Origin: Macrostomum hystrix
Taxonomy: Eukaryota > Animalia > Platyhelminthes
Length of the DNA: 64,000 nucleotides
NCBI GenBank assembly: GCA_950097015.1
Contig: CATNEN010000007.1
Location: forward strand, 13,020,001 to 13,084,000
Reading direction: 5' to 3'
Positions 58,801 to 64,000 of this stretch are shown piece by piece. How positions within the stretch are numbered: the stretch's first letter is position 1; each line of letters begins with the position of its first letter. The translations under genes were made by a program, and so were the position numbers. The notes beneath the pieces are model-generated. The model made no database searches and was not told the DNA's origin. It saw only the letters and a program-made list of their open reading frames with translations.

Positions 58801-61800
58801 GCTGTCTCCCCATGGCCGGTGCTCGCAGTCGGAGAGGCTCTTGGCCTCAGGGCCGCAGCGCACGCCGCTGAGGATGAAGCCTCCGGTGCCACGCCCGAAC
58901 TGCTGCCAGGCGTTAAGGATCAAGCGCTCGTGGCCACCGGGATATCCCACCTGCCTGCAGATCACATCCGCCATCCGGGCGTTCAGCCCGTCATCGCACA
59001 CAAGACCACGTTGGTTAAATAGCTTTATCTCCACGCGGCCTTCGTGAGTGTCCGAACCGCCGATCAGCATCAGCTCGTAGTTTTTGGCGGGATCTGGGTT
59101 GGTGACGGAGTCAGTTGCGAAGCGGATACAACGGTATGAGTTATGAGGTCAGGCTGTGCAGGGGTGTGGGTAAATCAAGTCAGGTGAGGCTGTGTGGTGT
59201 GGGTGAGAATAAGTATATAGTATACGAGAATACGACCGCTACAGCTAAGCATACCTTTTCCGCAGCGGTCGTTGATCTCATCCGAGAAGTCTCCACAGTC
59301 ATCGAAGCCGTTGCAGGTCTCCATCTTCTTGATGCAGCGGCTGTTGTTGCACAAAAAGTCATCATCATCGCTGCAGGCTGCGGTGGGTGGCACGGTTTGT
59401 AGGGAGTCTGTTGCTTCGTGAACTGTGATTGACTGCTCACTCTGAGACACCCTACTGGCTGACTGCTCACTCTGAGACACCCTACTGTCTGACTGCTCAC
59501 TCTGAGGCATCCTGCTTTCTGACTGCTCACTCTGAGGCATCCTGCTTTCTGACTGCTCACTCTGAGACACCCTACTGGCTGACTGCTCACTCTGAGACAC
59601 CCTACTGGCTGACTGCTCACTCTGAGACACCCTACTGTCTGACTGCTCACTCTGAGGCATCCTGCTTTCTGACTGCTCACCCTGAGACACCCTACTGTCT
59701 GACTGCTCACTCTGAGGCATCCTGCTTTCTGACTGCTCACTCTGAGACACCCTACTGGCTGACTGCTCACTCTGAGACACCCTACTGTCTGACTGCTCAC
59801 TCTGAGGCATCCTGCTTTCTGACTGCTCACTCTGAGGCATCCTGCTTTCTGACTGCTCACTCTGAGACACCCTACTGGCTGACTGCTCACTCTGAGACAC
59901 CCTACTGGCTGACTGCTCACTCTGAGACACCCTACTGTCTGACTGCTCACTCTGAGGCATCCTGCTTTCTGACTGCTCACCCTGAGACACCCTACTGGCT
60001 GACTGCTCACTCTGAGACACCCTACTGGCTGACTGCTCACTCTGAGACACCCTACTGTCTGACTGCTCACTCTGAGACACCCTACTGTCTGACTGCTCAC
60101 TCTGAGGCATCCTGCTTTCTGACTGCTCACCCTGAGACACCCTACTGTCTGACTGCTCACTCTGAGGCATCCTGCTTTCTGACTGCTCACTCTGAGACAC
60201 CCTACTGGCTGACTGCTCACTCTGAGACACCCTACTGGCTGACTGCTCACTCTGAGACACCCTACTGTCTGACTGCTCACTCTGAGACACCCTACTGTCT
60301 GACTGCTCACTCTGAGGCATCCTGCTTTCTGACTGCTCACCCTGAGACACCCTACTGTCTGACTGCTCACTCTGAGACACCCTACTGGCTGACTGCTCAC
60401 TCTGAGACACCCTACTGTCTGACTGCTCAATCTGAGATCCCACTAATCTCGTCAAATGTGCTAGCTTTTGACGCCCTAGGAACAGCGCAGCTCTCACTCT
60501 CGGGTAGCTCGTAGTACTTGGCCTGCAGGCCGGCCTTGACCTTGGCAACAACGTCGGGAATCCGGCTGCCCAACAAGAAGCACTTGGACTGGAAACGGTG
60601 CTCGTCGGTTCTGTAGTATATGAAGCTCTTGCACAGGAACTGCTCCAGGCGGTCGCAGTGCTTGGCGCACTGAAAGTTCCGCAACGTGCAGACGATCACA
60701 GTTACCGTGAGAATACGAGACCAGCTACACAAGCACAGTAGAAATCCCATGTTCCGTAAATCCACCCTCACGTTACAAACACATCAAATTTCGAACAGCA
60801 CGCCAAAAGCCACCCAGCCAAGCTCACCTGCAACAGGCTCTTCTTATAGTAAACAGCAACCCAGCCAAGCTCACCTGCAACAGGCTCTTCTTATAGTAAA
60901 CAGCCACCCAGCCAAGCTCACCTGCAACAGACTCTTCTTATAGTAAACAGCCACCCAGCCAAGCTCACCTGCAACAGGCTCTTCTTATAGTAAACAGCCA
61001 CCCAGCCAAGCTCACCTGCAACAGGCTCTTCTTATAGTAAACAGCCACCCAGCCAAGCTCACCTGCAACAGACTCTTCTTATAGTAAACAGCCACCCAGC
61101 CAAGCTCATCTGCAACAGACTCTTCTTATAGTAAACAGCCACCCAGCCAAGCTCACCTGCAACAGGCTCTTCTTATAGTAAACAGCCACCCAGCCAAGCT
61201 CACCTGCAACAGACTCTTCTTATAGTAAACAGCCACCCTGGTATTCTCCGGAATGCTTGAGTCGTCAACTCCAGCAGTCACCTGGAAATCATTCGCCAGG
61301 TCTGTTTCGGCTTCTGAAATCAGAAAGCAGACGAATCAGTATCAACCCGTGTTCGATTTAATCAGTATCAACCCGTGTTCGATTTAATCAGTATCAACCC
61401 GTGTTCGATTTGAGCATTATCAACCCGAGTTCGATTTAATCAGTATCGACCCGTGTTCGATTTGAGCATTATCAACCCGTGTTCGATTTAATCAGTATCA
61501 ACCCGTGTTCGATTTAATCAGTATCAACCCGTGTTCGATTTGAGCATTATCAACCCGTGTTCGATTTAATCAGTATCAACCCGTGTTCGATTTAATCAGT
61601 ATCGACCCGTGTTCGATTTAATCATTATCGACCCGTGTTCGATTTAATCAGTAGCAACCCGTGTTCGATTTAATCAGTATCAACCCGTGTTCGATTTAAT
61701 CAGTATCAACCCGTGTTCGATTTAATCAGTATCAACCCGTGTTCGATTTAATCAGTATCAACCCGTGTTCGATTTAATCAGTAGCAACCCGTGTTCGATT

Positions 61801-63379
61801 TAATCAGTATCAACCCGTGTTCGATTTAATCAGTATCAACCCGTGTTCGATTTAATCAGTATCAACCCGTGTTCGATTTAATCAGTATCAACCCGTGTTC
61901 GATTTAATCAGTATCAACCCGTGTTCGATTTAATCATTATCGACCCGTGTTCGATTTAATCAACATTAAATTGATTTTTTAGCCTAATCGGAATCCACCC
62001 GAATTTCTTTAGTCTAATCGGAATCCACCCGAATTTCTTTAGCCTAATCGGAATCCACCCGGATTTCTTTAGCCTAATCGGAATCCACCCGAATTTCTTT
62101 AGCCTAATCGGAATCCACCCGAATTTCTTTAGTCTAATCGGGATCCACCCGAATTTCTTTAGCCTAATCGGGATCCACCCGAATTTCTTTAGCCTAATCG
62201 GGATCCAACAAGATCTGGGACTTACGAGCCCTGACAATCTTGCAGGCGTCCTCGGTCTCATCATCCCCGTAGTCGCAGTCGTAGAATCCATCGCACACCT
62301 GGTCCATGGAGAGGCACCTGTGGGGTTCAGGTTTGCAGTATTTGATGATGATTTGGTTCCAGATGAAATATCACTAATAAGCCACTGAGCGCAAATTACT
62401 TGTGGACTTTCTTGCAGTAGAACTGCTGGCTTGTGCAGGTGTCTGCAATGCGTAGCGCATTTATTTAGTACAGAGGAACACATGAGCTTGCAATTGGCTA
62501 ACCCATTTGAGAGTCAAGTGACTCACAGTTCCTACAGAAGGTTTCGTCCTCGTCCTCCTTGCCCACGCAGTCGACATAGCCGTCACAGACCTGGCGCTCC
62601 GCCACACAGCTAAACGAGCAGCGAGGAGATGAGTACATGAGTGAAACTTTTGTGAGGGGCGTGGCATTGACCCACTGACTCAGGATTCCCACTCAAGACC
62701 TGGCATTGACCCACTGACTCAGGATTCACACTCAAGACCTGGCATTGACCCACTGACTCAGGATTCACACTCAAGACCTGGCATTGACCCACTGACTCAG
62801 GATTCCCACCCAAGACCGGCATTGACCCACTGACTCAGGATTCACACCCAAGACCTGGCATTGACCCACTGACTCAGGATTCACACCCAAGACCCAGCAT
62901 TGACCCACTGACTCAGGATTCACACCCAAGACCTGGCATTGACCCACTGACTCAGGATTCACACCCAAGACCTGGCATTGACCCACTGACTCAGGATTCA
63001 CACCCAAGACCTGGCATTGACCCACTGACTCAGGATTCACACCCAAGACCTGGCATTGACCCCTGCTCGCCCCCTGTCTCACACGGGCCGATAGCTGAGC
63101 ATGCTGGGGCAGAAAAAGTCCTCGGGCCGGTCGCACTCGTCGCTGTTAAATCCCGGCGCCATCTGCGGCCCGTCCTGCGGCTGCGGCGGCTGCTCCGAGC
63201 ACTGCCTGAGGCTGCAGTAGCCGAACACGTTGTTCTTGTTGTCCACCCAGCACCAGGGCTTCGCGTCGCCATCCGGGTTGCGGCAGAGGCCCTGCCCACT
63301 GAGACCGGCGTTCGGGTGCGTGTCCGGGTTGATCAGCTTATTTTCGCTCCACTGCTGGCATGGCGTGCCCTTGTCCGTC
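55894..63379 (-). CDS. Tequila/neurotrypsin-like mosaic trypsin-type serine protease, 5'-partial; exons 63379-63083, 62609-62527, 62442-62400, 62317-62226, 61313-61204, 60669-60498, 59377-59255, 59093-58749, 58656-58543, 58053-57706, 57573-57339, 57226-56943, 56858-56613, 56021-55894 (~872 aa in window)
   Basis: Kringle ([12 protein letters not shown]); four LDLa (CDGxxDC..DE); PAN/apple (CAKHC..CKSF); two SRCR (GxVCDD); protease domain with AAHC, YDISLL, GDSGGP and S1 Asp (DACQ). All 13 introns are GT-AG with consistent phases. Confidence 0.88.
58131..58551 (-). repeat. 43-bp minisatellite, ~10 copies, each carrying the exon end plus the GTGAGT donor
   Basis: ACTCAC (minus-strand GTGAGT) at 58150+43n up to 58537. 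Confidence 0.95.
59428..60430. repeat. 30-bp minisatellite, ~33 copies, three main variants
   Basis: GACTGCTCACTCTGAG plus a variable 14-mer. Confidence 0.97.
60808..61238 (-). repeat. 47-bp minisatellite, 9 copies, each carrying the exon end plus the CAG|GTGAGC donor
   Basis: CTCACCTG at 60823+47n up to 61199. Confidence 0.95.
61335..61962. repeat. 26-bp minisatellite, ~24 copies
   Basis: AATCAGTATCAACCCGTGTTCGATTT repeated. Confidence 0.96.
61979..62207. repeat. 30-bp minisatellite, ~7.5 copies
   Basis: AGCCTAATCGGAATCCACCCGAATTTCTTT repeated. Confidence 0.95.
62663..63061. repeat. 39-bp minisatellite, ~10 copies
   Basis: TGGCATTGACCCACTGACTCAGGATTCACACCCAAGACC repeated. Confidence 0.95.
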
Positions 63380-63544
63380 CTGTGGCGGGCGGCGGTGCTC
63401 ACACTGCACTTTAGCCGTAGCTTAGTTCCCGAGATCCAATCTGAACTTTTTTATGCGTCTTGTCCGGCTCTCCTACTACATCGATCTACTATCTCCAATC
63501 ACGTCTATTCTCTCAAATTTCATCTATTCTCTCCACCGAATCTA

Positions 63545-64000
63545 TTCTCTCCACTTTCATACATTCTCTCCCCTTTCATACATTCTCTCCCCTTTCATAC
63601 ATTCTCTCCCCTTTCATGCATTCTCTCCCCTTTCATACATTCTCTCCCCTTTCATACATTCTCTCCCCTTTCATGCATTCTCTCCCCTTTCATACATTCT
63701 CACCCCTTTCATACATTCTCTCCCCTTTCATACATTCTCTCCCCTTTCATACATTCTCTCCCCTTTCATACATTCTCACCCCTTTCATACATTCTCTCCC
63801 CTTTCATGCATTCTCTCCCCTTTCATACATTCTCTCCCCTTTCATACATTCTCTCCACTTTCATACATTCTCTCCACTTTCATACATTCTCTCCCCTTTC
63901 ATGCATTCTCTCCCCTTTCATACATTCTCTCCCCTTTCATACATTCTCTCCACTTTCATACATTCTCTCCCCTTTCATACATTCTCTCCCCTTTCATACA
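63545..64000. repeat. 19-bp pyrimidine-rich minisatellite, runs off the window end
   Basis: TTTCATACATTCTCTCCCC repeated. Confidence 0.96.

Noticed and set aside
3737-64000. Regularly spaced repeats as CRISPR arrays
   Set aside because: Units are directly tandem with no unique spacers, there are no cas genes, and the context is eukaryotic and intron-containing.

Overview
Eukaryotic (metazoan) genomic DNA with GT-AG introns, GC-rich exons and more than 20 unrelated minisatellite arrays. The overall style resembles a macrostomid flatworm such as Macrostomum; this is inference, not proven. Contents from left to right: (1) the last 13 exons (~3,936 aa) of a Fat/Fat4-type giant protocadherin (+, ends 35368); (2) a dead, truncated mariner transposon (-); (3) an apparently intronless MATH/BTB-type gene (+); (4) a 5-exon ER Hsp70/BiP (-) placed head-to-head with (5) a 3-exon theta-class GST (+); (6) the last 14 exons of a Tequila/neurotrypsin-like mosaic serine protease (-; kringle-LDLa-LDLa-PAN-LDLa-SRCR-LDLa-SRCR-trypsin). 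There are also two copies of a short tRNA-derived SINE-like element. All exon boundaries were placed by hand and checked for phase consistency. The most unusual signal is in the protease gene: two intronic minisatellites are tandem amplifications of the exon/intron junction itself, giving 9-10 stacked copies of the 5' splice site, and one forms a ladder of AG|GT recursive-splice-like sites. In addition, one Fat intron is flanked by a 10-bp direct repeat that supplies its donor site.
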